DNA of 49,767 nucleotides, the filler included, from Basidiobolus ranarum (lineage: Eukaryota): assembly GCA_040143965.1 (NCBI GenBank). It is 2 parts of 2 records of this genome, joined end to end, with 100 filler letters (N's around TTAATTAATTAA, not from the genome) between each part and the next. Parts side by side here need not be neighbours in the genome. Positions count along the whole stretch, not along the records: positions 24,999 to 49,767 come from JASJQH010000147.1; 1 more part is not named here. One strand, given 5' to 3'. The notes under the pieces were generated by a model. It ran no database searches, had not been told where the DNA came from, and worked only from the letters and a program-made list of their open reading frames with translations. Of the stretch, positions 25,995 through 37,843 are shown one piece after another. The translations under genes were made by a program, and so were the position numbers. Numbering within the stretch: the first letter of the stretch is position 1; each line of letters begins with the position of its first letter.

Positions 25995-28858
25995 ATTTCT
26001 TTCACTTTCTCTCAACATTCAAATAAACTTGCACATATGGATAATTTAAGTAGTCGTTCTATTTCTACGTGATTCGTTGATTCATTTATACTGGTTTGTA
26101 AATACACTGGAAGCACTTGAGGTTGGTTTGATACTTTAGCGTTACTGTACTTACCAATTAAATTCTTTCTTGCGGGAAGAAGTGAAGTTGAGACATCGAA
26201 GAATTGGCTTGAAATGTTCATACAAGTTTAACCAGGATGACTAGAGTATGTTCATACATTCTGGTTAAGCTTGTATTATACTACTGCCATGAAATTTGAA
26301 TGAGTTATTTGCACATTGTTGCTCATGAGTAACGTCATGCCAAGAACCTCCATCATAGAGTGAAAAAAGAAGCAGCCTGCAGTGGACAAGAGAGTGAAAG
26401 GAAAAACGGAACCTGTGTAACAGAAAGATTCCGAGTATATTTAAAGTCGGCATTGAAAAAAGACTAGTAGGACGAAGTATTAAGATCTGACTTGACCAAT
26501 ATAGAAAAATAGGAGGTTAGGTTTCTGAATTATAATTACAAATAATACTTGGTTAACATTACCTTCTTACTTTGAACTTTCATCCCCAAGATTACTTTTC
26601 CTTTGATTATCAACATGGTGTTACATAATGATTTGGGGAAACTATGCAGATGCGGAATTTAAGAGATAAATGTCGGTTTAATTGGCCAAAAACCATCGAG
26701 GATTACAATGCTATCACAGAAGATCTTTCAAGAGCTACTAAGCCTCTGTTGGCGTGATGCAAGGGCAAGGGTAAGGAATTACGATTAAGCATGAGTTCCA
26801 ACTTTGGTTCTTGACTATGCTTGATTTACAAATACAAGACTCTTGAATTAAATATAAGCGGAGTAGCACACTTTCCCGTTATTCCATTCCGGTCTATAGC
26901 CCATATTAATGAATCTACGTCATCCGTGAAGGTACTGACTGTGTAATCATCATAAAGATGGACAAGTGTGGTATGAAGTGTTGATTGGCGGGCATTATCG
27001 AGATTTAATAACTTTTGAAGACAAATATCGATTATTTCGATCAGTTATTAAATCCACCCTCCTTACCTACCACAAACTAATTCATGCTGTACGACAAATG
27101 CTTGCTAGCGAATTAAACCTACTGGTTGACAATTCGTATTTCCATAGTCTAGAGTTTTGGAACTCTTGTTTCAATTTCTGGTCTATGAGTGATACAAAGC
27201 TTTCCAGTTGGTTGTAGAGATGATACAACCTAGTACGCCTTTAGCATGCATTATTAATCTTACAGTGCGATCCATTGACTCGAACATCTGTTTTGGAATG
27301 TTGTTACCTACACGGCAAGAATAGAGTACTACACTTAACCTCGCCAAAATAAGTGTATACACTGTTCAACACACTTTGTGAGCTTACACTGACAATCGGC
27401 GTTTTGTAAAATTGTCTCCTGAACACTGCAGATAATGCAATGGGAATCGAGATGGCCGACTAGATAACCAACCATTCAGAATTCAATGTTAATTTACCCA
27501 AGATGGTCACACAATAGGTTGATCCCATCATCGAGTGTTCTATCAGGGTGCGGCTGGCAAGGTTCTTTAGAATCGAGTCCAAGGCTCATATAAGGTACAG
27601 ATGTACAAATTCGGATCGATCATCAGTACTTTAATTCTACCAACTCTTCTCTACAGATCTTTTGGATTGCTACTCGGGTCCTGGGAAAGCCTGCGTATAT
27701 AGAAGTCCACATCTTTGGCGTTTTCTCTTTGAAATGCATGTGAACTAAGGTTAAGTCCCATTTTCGGTGGTAACGTAATCCCACTAAACCTCTCCGGAAA
27801 ATGATAACCAGTGCTCTGGATTCCTTATCCCCTCCCTTGGTATCACATGTCAGTCGGCTGGACGTAGTACAATCACATCCCAATACTATAGGTAGCCGCT
27901 CCTATACTATATGGTTCCTATACTGTATGGTCAGGGTTCAGCACGGTCCAGTTGTCATCGTTATGATGCCCCAATGGTTTCAGTCTCCGCTTAGCTATAA
28001 TTGTGCAGATTTGGATAATTTGATGTGTGGATTAAGTTTGCCGGTGGTTTTTATACGCAGCAGAGGTATAAAATAAAGATGAATATATAAGACGAGAGTG
28101 GAATACGTTGGGGTTGTGGCCAGAACCTGTCTTGGTCATATTTAGTAAAAGAGTGTGGCGTTTTGGTGAAGACATGCGCTAACATTAATCGCCATCGAAT
28201 ATGCCTAACCCTCGAGATGTCCTCCAAATTCCCCAAAAGCGAGCAAAGCTACCAACATTAAGGAAAGATTGAGGCCCTCTTTGTCGCTGGATAGACTGCC
28301 AGGTTTGATCGCCCTTAATCAACATCCTTGCGGGATATCTATTAAACTTTAATAGGGCAGGCTCGACATAGTGGTTCTAGTATGCGTATCGGGAGCATCT
28401 GACATGGAAGCAACGCGTCACCCTGCGTTCATTTCCTCATTGTGTACTCCAGGCAGCAGAAAGCTCTGTTTCGATCCGAGAGTGAAGGCAACAGCCGAGT
28501 GACTAGCAACTTAGCTGATCCAATCGATTTTTTGGGGAGAAATTCCTGCCTCTTTTAGGAACTCGAATGGTGTTGCAGAAGTTGTATATCAATCACACGT
28601 ACACGTTTTATGTTTAATAAGTGGAAAGCACAAAGCAGAAACTCACCCTGTAAGTGCTGGTAAGATTAACAAAAGGGGACAGACAGGTTCGTTCCATATT
28701 GAGCCAAAGTGTTGTGATCCCTACCATTGGCTAGTGTCAACAGAGCACATTCGAAAGCATTTAAAACGAGCAAGTATCATCACATAAGTCAGTTGCACTC
28801 ATCAACCATTTCGCATCTCATATCTTTGAGATTTTCTTTATTTATTGATCTTTTTGAT

Positions 28859-30061
28859 ATGACCTATTCGTCTATTTATCCTTTCTATTATTGCCCATCT
28901 TCGAAACACTCTGGCGGAGATGGTAACAATGGCTGTTTTGACCAAGTTACAGCTCTAGCATCAACTCAATTCAATTCCAATTTATGGAGGGTAAAAAATT
29001 GTCATGGCAATGCCGGTCTTGGCATATCACATACAACTGATGCCCATGCACCCAAGCAACCACTTGCAACCCTTTTGCCATTTAGCCCCACATACGGGCC
29101 TACAATAGGCCTCAACTCTGCTTGTATGAATACCCAAGTCAAAGTTGAGGAGCCTGAATTACTTCACTTTGATGGCCATCATTCTCAAGATACCCTTTTG
29201 TATGGCGCTAATACACAGAACATCGATCTTTCTGCACAAAATCTTCACAACTTCACTCACCGAAAGTATTCTATTGAAAGTGTTCCTGGTTTGTATAGAG
29301 ACACATGCTCACCGTTTGGAAATCATCTTGGTGACAATTCTTCCTTGGAGAATTCTCCACAACCTTTTTTTGGTGAAGATTTTATAAGCTCACCTATCAT
29401 ACAATCTCCCAAATCTCCCAGTTCTTATTTATGCTTAGAAGATACAGTATTCCAAGCTGCAGCTACCAAAAATAGCTCATCTATATCCTCTGCAAATGTT
29501 GTGCAACAACCTAGTCCCATATACCCTCCCTCATCGGCTAATCAACAAGCATTTCATGTAGTCAATATACCCCAGCGTCACCATCCTTATTGCCAAGCTG
29601 ATTTAGAATCTCGCTGCCAAGGCGAGTCTACCAGCTATGCCGAATCCCCGCATACTCTCGGTTACAACTTTACCATAGGATTAGGGGCCCACCATACAAA
29701 TGAATCGAAGAATATTGAAGTGAAAACCGAAGAGGTTCCATCTCGCATGGGCCACATTGATTCCCCTCGGCCAAGCCTAAGCAAACCCATGACTGCTGGT
29801 CAGCGTAACAAGTCGTTAAATCGTCCCCCTACGTCTATGATGACTACATTTAGCTCCAGGATTACCTCTCCGTCAGCAAAGAGATACCACTGCACTGTTT
29901 GTCAGAAAGGCTTCAGTCGTCCAAGTTCCCTCAATACTCACATGTACTCACACACCGGGGAAAAGCCGTTCCAATGTCCGTATGAAGGCTGTGGTCGTCA
30001 CTTCTCGGTAGTGAGTAATCTAAGACGACACACGAAGATACATAGTGTGAAGACCAATTAA
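28859..30061 (+). CDS. Two-finger C2H2 transcription factor, MtfA-like (copy 2)
   Basis: MMTTFSSRITSPSAKRYHCTVCQKGFSRPSSLNTHMYSHTGEKPFQCPYEGCGRHFSVVSNLRRH closely matches the MtfA-family finger pair; first in-frame ATG at 28859. Confidence 0.9.
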   Translation: MTYSSIYPFYYCPSSKHSGGDGNNGCFDQVTALASTQFNSNLWRVKNCHGNAGLGISHTTDAHAPKQPLATLLPFSPTYGPTIGLNSACMNTQVKVEEPELLHFDGHHSQDTLLYGANTQNIDLSAQNLHNFTHRKYSIESVPGLYRDTCSPFGNHLGDNSSLENSPQPFFGEDFISSPIIQSPKSPSSYLCLEDTVFQAAATKNSSSISSANVVQQPSPIYPPSSANQQAFHVVNIPQRHHPYCQADLESRCQGESTSYAESPHTLGYNFTIGLGAHHTNESKNIEVKTEEVPSRMGHIDSPRPSLSKPMTAGQRNKSLNRPPTSMMTTFSSRITSPSAKRYHCTVCQKGFSRPSSLNTHMYSHTGEKPFQCPYEGCGRHFSVVSNLRRHTKIHSVKTN

Positions 30062-30633
30062 ATACCAACTTTCAACCACCTTAAGTTTTACCTGATTGGT
30101 AAAATCCATATCCAATTTTAATGTTAAGAATTATGTGAGATTATTTATTATTTTATTGCACATTGAATGTTAGTTGCTGGCATACTGAATTATCTTTCCA
30201 TTCCTTACTTTTCCTTTTCCTTTACTTTGCACTTAATACTTTGTTCGATTTTCATTTCATTTCAATTCTTGTAAACCCTATATTTCGGGAATGATTTCAA
30301 GGGATTTTCTTCACTTTGTTGTAACATAGAATTATTTATGAAGGATATTCTTTAAGGAATCTCTTTAAAGTAAATATATATATAAAAGTCCATTGATAAC
30401 ATTCTAAAATTTCTCTTTTGTACACGCAGATTAGAACTACAGGCCAACATGCCTTTTATACATAAATTAAATGATGGGGGGAGGGAGAGGGAGAGAGGGT
30501 GGTGATATGAAAGGGAGAAAGGATCTATAAAACTGTGAATTGAATTCCGAGTGACATCCATATCATCTCCTTATTAAAACCCATGGGTATTTACCGTGAC
30601 ATTCCCTTATCAGAGCGTATGAAGGGGTATGTA

Positions 30634-31533
30634 TCATGTCCTCTTGATGTTGTGAATCTTCGTATGACGCCTCAAATTACTTAGAACCGAGAAATGCTTT
30701 CCACAATTATCGAATGGACACCTGAATGGTTTCTCACCAGTATGAGAGTAGATGTGAGTGGTAAGTGAACTAGGTCTACTAAAGCTCTTCTGACAGATCA
30801 AACATTGATATTTTTTCGGGGAAGTACGATGCAAATGGTTAATGGGATCATTGGTAACTTCTGAATTCAATAGGATAGATTCTTCGTAGTTAGTTGGAAT
30901 ACATGTCCCATCTAAGCAAGTGTAATTCCCCATAGTATCATTGAATTCCGTGCCATTATCTCTGATGTTAAAATTCCTCTCATAAAATTGGGATTCAATC
31001 TCGTAGGGTGATTCGGATTTTTCTTGATAATGAGGGTGGGAATAGGGATGATCGTATTTTTCCATCCCTTCACTAGATGAGGATAAAGTGTGGGTGAAAT
31101 TAGGCGGTAATTGATCGGCCACGAGGGTTGGAGTCAGTGTTTCCACATAGGTATTAAGTTGAGGTGAGCCGATGGACGTGATACTTCCATTGGGGAAGAT
31201 AGGATAGTGTTGTTCGGAGCCTTCTAGGTGGAGTGCATGGTTGTCAAAAGAGTTCATGAGCAACGGCTCTGAGAAGGAGTTCATCTTGGTCATGGAGCTC
31301 AGGTCAGAGTTAGGGAAAGGGAAAGGAATGGAATAATTATTTGTGTTGGTAAGTAAAAAGATCTCCTCTGTTTTGTGTTCAGAATTCATACCACCTCCAA
31401 AGAAAACAACTGAGTTGGCAGTAGTAGGTCTATTTGGGGTGGAGGTAACCTCGTCAATGTGAGAGAAAGTGCGAGTCTTGGAAGGGATGTTAGATAATGG
31501 TTGGGTTGAGCACAGTTTCAAATTTCTATGCAT
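30634..31533 (-). CDS. Two-finger C2H2 transcription factor, MtfA-like (copy 3)
   Basis: KKYQCLICQKSFSRPSSLTTHIYSHTGEKPFRCPFDNCGKHFSVLSNLRRH; true start may be a downstream ATG. Confidence 0.88.
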   Translation of the reverse strand: MHRNLKLCSTQPLSNIPSKTRTFSHIDEVTSTPNRPTTANSVVFFGGGMNSEHKTEEIFLLTNTNNYSIPFPFPNSDLSSMTKMNSFSEPLLMNSFDNHALHLEGSEQHYPIFPNGSITSIGSPQLNTYVETLTPTLVADQLPPNFTHTLSSSSEGMEKYDHPYSHPHYQEKSESPYEIESQFYERNFNIRDNGTEFNDTMGNYTCLDGTCIPTNYEESILLNSEVTNDPINHLHRTSPKKYQCLICQKSFSRPSSLTTHIYSHTGEKPFRCPFDNCGKHFSVLSNLRRHTKIHNIKRT

Positions 31534-32702
31534 AATCTTGGCATTACTAGACTATAATTGCTCAATGTTCTCGTCTCAGGAAAGATGTTAAAGAAGTTAC
31601 TTCATGAAACTTTAGAGAAAGAACAAAAAAGAGAAAAGCGCCTCGTGCGACTGTTTATTTAACCGCGACCATGTTAAACCAATGGGTTAGATTTAAAGGA
31701 GCAAGGATGTCAACTGATATCCTCCCTTCCAATAGCATTGGATGTTTAGTAAAAGTTGACGCCTATTTAGTGAAAAGCATTTCAACTCGACATTACTGTG
31801 CTTACATCCTTCATTTCAAATACAATCCTGGTGCTTGCATCTCTTGGGATTGTTCAATTGGTGTGGATTATTTCTGTCTTAAGTTGCGTTTCCAATGATA
31901 TATTTGGATTACGTTGATGCAGCTATCCGAATAGAATATTGTCTCCACTACTCTATTTTCTCCGTCAGTGAGCTATTTCGAAACCAACGTAGTCTGACCA
32001 AAGTCGCGTATGTAGAGCAACCCAAATGTGATTCAAGGGGTGAATTGCAAACAATGCCAAGTTTCAGATCACCATATTCGATGTTGCCGTTACTTTCCCA
32101 GCTTTGAACAATAATATGGGCAGCTCATGTGCATAGCGCTAAGCATCTTCAAAGAACCAGGGATTCCGATAAATGTTCCATGAAGAGATTTGGGCGTTTA
32201 TTGTTTGGGCGTTCATTGTTAGGGGGGCTATAATGAGCATCATTGCCTCATGTGTTGTCAATAATCACAATTTTATTGATTCAAACTATAAAAAGCAGGG
32301 GCATCATGCAGTTCAGGATCAATCGCTTAAGGAGCAAGTAGATTGTACCTTTGCAAATATTCCTGTCATGCAGGGTCTTGATCTACAAAGTCAACCAAAT
32401 AATGCATGCGAGATGCTTTCCCATTAAAGCCTCTTCTTACGTGTGAGAGAATCTGGGCCTTCGATAGATCACCAAGATGTTTCATGTCTATATTGTAAGG
32501 TGGGTTCTGCCTATCATTTGAGTAATGTGGGTCAGCAATGTGGGTCATATTATGCTGGTGATGCTTGTTTCATGGAGTCTTGTTCCGATTCAGAAAACAC
32601 TGGTTCATTGGGTTGTTTATTTCTTGATTGAGTGAGTGAGGAAAGGGATCTATAGAGGGGACTTAATGAAACCTAATTGATTACGGGGTGAGTTACACAC
32701 AA

Positions 32703-35316
32703 TCAGGCATTTTTAAAGTCACTCAGTATTGAACAAACACCAATGTCGTATTGTCGCGAGGACTCTAATTCTCTTCTAGATTCACTAATTGAGGAAGTGC
32801 TCCGTTGTGAAGTTGGATCATTGGATAGGTTTCGAAGGAACTTTCGCTTTAGATCTTTAGATTCTTGGTGCGTTTGGGTATCGACCCAACTAGGTATGGA
32901 GCCAATTAGTTTACCAATCACCGTGCGGAACATCAAGAAAATGTGCTCCGAAGCAACAGCAATAATGGCAGCATAAACTAGATGTATATAATCAAGGTTT
33001 TTCCACGTATGAGGGTCGGTTGACATATCTTTAGAATTACGAAATTGGTAAAGGAATAGAGCGTTAACGATGGCCCCTAACCAGGCAAGAAACTCCTACA
33101 TAAAAAGTGAACAACTGCATAATGCTAGTTCAGGATATCAAGTACGTACCATTGTGCGCTTCCATGGACCGATACTGTCAGCTCTGACGGGGATGGGCCG
33201 CCTAGGTGGTTGCAAACAATCAGATCAATAAATAAAAAAACCAATCTAATCCAAAATAATCCGTACTTGGTTCGGAAGCAAATCTTCACAGCATCCGATC
33301 TGGTTTCCACCCAGACACAAGCAAGTACCGCTAATGGAGCTAATGGCCAAACACTCGTAAAGAGACAAAGAGAGCCAAACTATGAAGCAATATTTGTTAA
33401 GCACGCTCTGGTGAATGAAAGGGCTACGTGATGTATTTCATACCTGAGTAGTCATGTCAACAAAATCTCCATAAATATCGTAATCCGGAAGTTTACTTTC
33501 AGCGATAACACTTTCAATGAACCTTTGCTCATCTGCGTCCTCACGACCACGGCGACGTCTGACAGCAGACTTGATTCTTCTTTTATAATAAGAGAGTGTT
33601 CGCTTCCCAATAGGAAGAAAGAAGTCCGAAACCAAACTTTTGATATGAATCGTAAGCATAATCTGGGTAATCAATCTAGATGAGCCAAAGCGTATATCAA
33701 ATCGTTCGAGGGCGAACTCCTCCTTGATCCAAAGAGCAAGATCATCACCAAAGGGAATGAATACCCAGGCCACAAGAAATACCGAAGCGTAAGTTAAGAA
33801 GAAGTTATTCACAAATATTTTATACGTAAGATTGGAATGGTATTTCGTTTCGGTAGCGTAATTTTCGAAATCGTTAAGTCGTGTGGCGAATCTTCGGTAG
33901 ATCTTTATCAACTGAGGTATGGATAGAGAGTAGATTGCAGTGGATGCGTATTTCTATATTATACATTATCAGCATCAGCTTCCTCTCTAAAACAATTCCG
34001 AGAAATGTGGGAAACTTACAAAAATCTGTTTGAATGGGCCGTGATAATATTCCCTGACCATAAACTCAACAAAAAATGTCGTCGAAATAGCTAACATCAG
34101 GATGATAGCAAAGGTGATTATCAAGGGTGCTGCTAGCAACTTTCTGAGCCAACGCCTCCAATGTGGAAAGAAATGAAGGGTCTTTCCAGTGACCGGATCA
34201 TATGCTTTGCTCGTAGACTTGAATTGAGGTCGGAATTCCTCCACCCTTCGGCAATTGCTTACGGACCATCTGGCTGCCCAGTTCCTCTCTTTCCAGCTCC
34301 AAACCGACAAGAAGATCACTGACCACATACACGTTAGCAACGAGAGGATGATGGAGAAATTGACTGAGAAGGCGTACGCAATTAGCCCAACTCCCGCCAA
34401 TGGTATAAGCCCTAGGAAGTAGTATTTAAGGAACGCAAAGTAAAATGCGACCTTATTTCAATGTAGATCGTTAATTCCTACGTATAAGTAACATTCAGAC
34501 CGAGAGTGAGGGGTACCTTTTCACCAAATTCATCTCGAAGCTGAGTGAGATCCTGTTTACCTACTTGCCAGGTAGTTCCCCACGACATCAGCCATTTCTA
34601 AGTTTGTTTAAGATTCTGAAGCTTAGCGCATTGCAGTAGTATAAATATAAGTTCAGATCACAATACTTCGTTAAATTTTCGGTTATGTAGAGGGAAGACA
34701 GATTCAACAAAGTCTTCTCCAGGTATTACCCCTGCGTACCCCTCATCAGCAGAACCGGTTATTAATTGGTATTCTACACAAATTCTCTCAGCAGTGGTAG
34801 GAATTTGGTTGTTTATAGCTTTCCAAGGTTCGCTGGTTTCTTTCGTATAGTTTTTCCCGGTAATATGAAGTCCAGCAAGCCAGTCATTAACTCTATAGCA
34901 TAAATGGTCTTTGTTAAGTAGATATTGTGTGAAAAGTCTCGGTCTAAAGAGTACCTATCCGAACGATATTTGGTATTTATCTTCTCTCCAGAGCATAGAA
35001 TAAATATCAATAAAGTTCTTGAATCTCCCTTTTTTACTTCACAATGCAAACCAGCCTTTTCAATTTTCTGAAGTAACCTCCGAAAATTCAAAGTCGTCTT
35101 TTCTTCTAGCATTTTCCTTTCCAAAGGAGTATTTTTTTTCGACAGTAAAGGGTATCGAAAAACGATCACATAATCAGCGAAGAAATCAACAGGAATAGAC
35201 TCTATTTGCAGCTTGTGATATTTCATAAAGTGAAAAGATTCAATACGAATAGAATCATCCTTTTTAAACTTCAACGTGTTGACAGTTGTATCAACGAGTT
35301 CTCGAAACTGGTCCAT
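32703..35316 (-). CDS. Anoctamin/TMEM16 (Ist2-like) Ca2+-activated channel/lipid scramblase, multi-exon
   Basis: DYVIVF, VFPLHN, LRDEFGEK|VAFYFAFL, LNDFENYATE, YDIYGDFVDM, WVETRSDAVKI, RPIPVRADSIGPW, IIAVASEH; multiple TM segments across GT-AG introns. Confidence 0.9.
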
Positions 35317-35396
35317 CGTAAGTTAGTAACTTGAATGTTTTCTGCTCTTAAAGTTTTATAACTTTTTCTTTCAATACTAAAAATGCACTTCATTTA

Positions 35397-35687
35397 TGAC
35401 GTCAATAATACGATAGGGAAGAAGACCGTCATAAAGGTGAGGGACAAGTTGTCATACGGAACTCAAATCTAAATCTAGCAAAGTACATAATATATATGTA
35501 AATGTAAATATTCGATGAATCAGTAGAGAATATTTGTACTAGCATAGGACAAATGTTACATATATGAGGTATGCCCAGAGGAAGTAAAAATCAGCCAATC
35601 ATTGCTTTCATGTATTATGACGTCGCACGACTTTCTTGGCTAATTATCTTAAGGCTATGATGGAGTCAAGCTAAATATCAGACGTCT
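35397..35687. promoter_or_regulatory. Bidirectional promoter with CRE/ATF-like sites and a CCAAT box
   Basis: TGACGTCA 35397-35404, TGACGTCG 35618-35625, AGACGTCT 35680-35687 and AGCCAATC ~35593 lie in the ~400-bp gap between divergent ATGs. Confidence 0.45.
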
Positions 35688-35713
35688 CCTAGTCCTTTAC
35701 ACTTAACTTCCAA

Positions 35714-36497
35714 ATGGGTAAATTCTTTACTAACTAGAATGGTTCAACTTTCACGTACTAAACTCTATTATCATGTCATTTTTAGCGGCCCCACAACAAC
35801 AACAACTTCAAGCTTGGTTCCAAACTGTTGATGCGTATGTATTGTTGGTTAAATATATAAAATGTGTGCCATTACTCATTTAACTTGATGACGCTACAGT
35901 GATAACAGCGGAGGAATTTCTGCAGATGAACTTCAGAAAGCCCTCTTGAATGGTAAGTCAACACCTATATATTTGTGTCGATAAACTAGGTTTTAAAATG
36001 TCCTATTTTTACTCTCAGGTGATTGGAGTCCCTTCAACATTGAAACTGTTCGTATGATGATCAATATGTTTGATAGAGATGATAACGGAACCATCAACTA
36101 TCAAGAGTTCTGTGGTCTGTGGAAGTATATCGAAGACTGGAAGAAATGTTTCATGAGTTTCGATAAAGACCAAAGCGGTTCTATCGATCAAAATGAACTT
36201 AAGAATGCCATGATTACTTTTGGTTACAACCTTAGTGACCGCTTTCTCTCTTTGATCATTCGTAAATATGACAAAAAAGGTATACATCAATCAAGTAAAT
36301 TGACCCAATTTAGTGAATGTTCAAATATTAACTCTGATTGCTTAGGTACTGGAAACATCACCTTTGACAACTTCATTCAAGCAAGTGTTACAGTCAGAAC
36401 CCTCACTGACTCGTTTAGAAGATTTGATACTGATTCTGACGGTTGGGTTAACATCAATTATGAGCAATTCTTGGAACTCGTTGTCAGCAACCGCTAA
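35714..36497 (+). CDS. Penta-EF-hand protein (ALG-2/PDCD6/Pef1 family), copy A, 5 exons
   Basis: WFQTVD.DNSGGISADELQKALLNG|DWSPFNIETVRMMINMFDRDDNGTINYQEFCGLWKYIEDW...INYEQFLELVVSNR. Confidence 0.92.
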
Positions 36498-36678
36498 ATA
36501 CCTCTAAGCCACATGTCTAATTAATCGCATTTTCTACTTCTACTACCCCGAGTTCAACAATAAAGAATTCCCCTCAATTTGAAAATTAACACTCAAGACA
36601 ACGAGCCTTTATTTCTGTTAACAATCATGCAAAAGATAATCAAAGTGCTTAACGTCTTGAAAGCCACCACTTAATAAA

Positions 36679-37547
36679 TCAACGGTTGCTAACAACAAGT
36701 TGCAAAAACTAACAAAAAATAAGGTGTCAATAAAGCGTTACGTTTACCAAGAAATTGAAATTTACCTCTTCATAGCTGATATCAATACGACCATCAGAAT
36801 TATCGTCATAGCGACGGAAGGCTGTGGTTAACATTTGAATCGTAGTGCAGATTTGAATGAAATTGTCAAATGTGACTTCACCACTCGGGGCTTGGCCTGG
36901 TTTGGTTTTCTTGGCTATACAAATATATCCATTTGACAGGTTACTAATAAGCATTGAATAAGTTAAATGAAATTTAACTATACCATGTTTGTCATATTTA
37001 CGGATCAAGGATTGAATAAACTCAGGACTAAGATTAAATCCGAAAGTACGTAAGGCAGTTTGCAGTTCATCTTTATCGATAGTTCCACTACGATTCTGGT
37101 CGAAACCAAGGAAACAACGACGCCAGTCCTCGATATATTTCCAAAGAGCAGTAAATTCTGGGAAACCAATAGTGCCTGTATCGTCTTTGTCGAACATATT
37201 TATCATCAGTCGAATAGTCTCAAGGTTGAAGGGAGTCCAGTCACCTGTTTGTACAAACAGAAAAGAACATTAGACCATCTGGCATAAAATGGAATAGATG
37301 AGCTTCTGCTTTACCATTCAGAAGAGCCTTTTGAAGTTCATCTGCAGTGATTTGGCCACTACCATCACTATATTATACAACGTTAATTGGCTGAAAGGTA
37401 TAATAATGGACTTAACAATACGTACGTATCCACTTGTTGGAACCAACCTCGTAGTTGTTGTTCAGCTAGTAGGGATAATTAAGTAAACGGACGTTAGACT
37501 TCTCTATGTAAGTAGTTCCTTCGGGACTTACCTGGTGGAGCACTCAT
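36679..37547 (-). CDS. Penta-EF-hand protein (ALG-2/PDCD6/Pef1 family), copy B, 6 exons
   Basis: QQLRGWFQQVD, DGSGQITADELQKALLNG|DWTPFNLETIRLMINMFDKDDTGTI...ISYEE|FLQLVVSNR*. Confidence 0.92.
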
Positions 37548-37843
37548 TATTTTGTAATATGTCTTGAGAGCATTCATTGACCAGTGATTTATATAAACTC
37601 AAACGTAGTAAATTGGACAAATTAAGCACCAATCAAAAGGAGCGAGATAAGATGGTAGAATTTGATTCAGATTAATGTGATTTCGTACAATTCGTATAAA
37701 AGGAAAGACCTACGCACCTACGCACAAGACCAGACGTTTATTTGCCATGGAAAACATTAGGAAAAGAAAATGCAGTATTGTCTATTAAAATACATGAATG
37801 AATGGATTTGTATTGACAGTGTAAATGTGAGATATCGAGCAGT

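Noticed and set aside
26000..28700. Short ORFs in the long region upstream of C2H2 copy 2
   Set aside because: No motifs or consistent splice pattern; more likely an extended regulatory region.
31600..32700. Cluster of small ORFs between C2H2 copy 3 and anoctamin
   Set aside because: Short, overlapping and without homology cues; likely promoter or UTR sequence.
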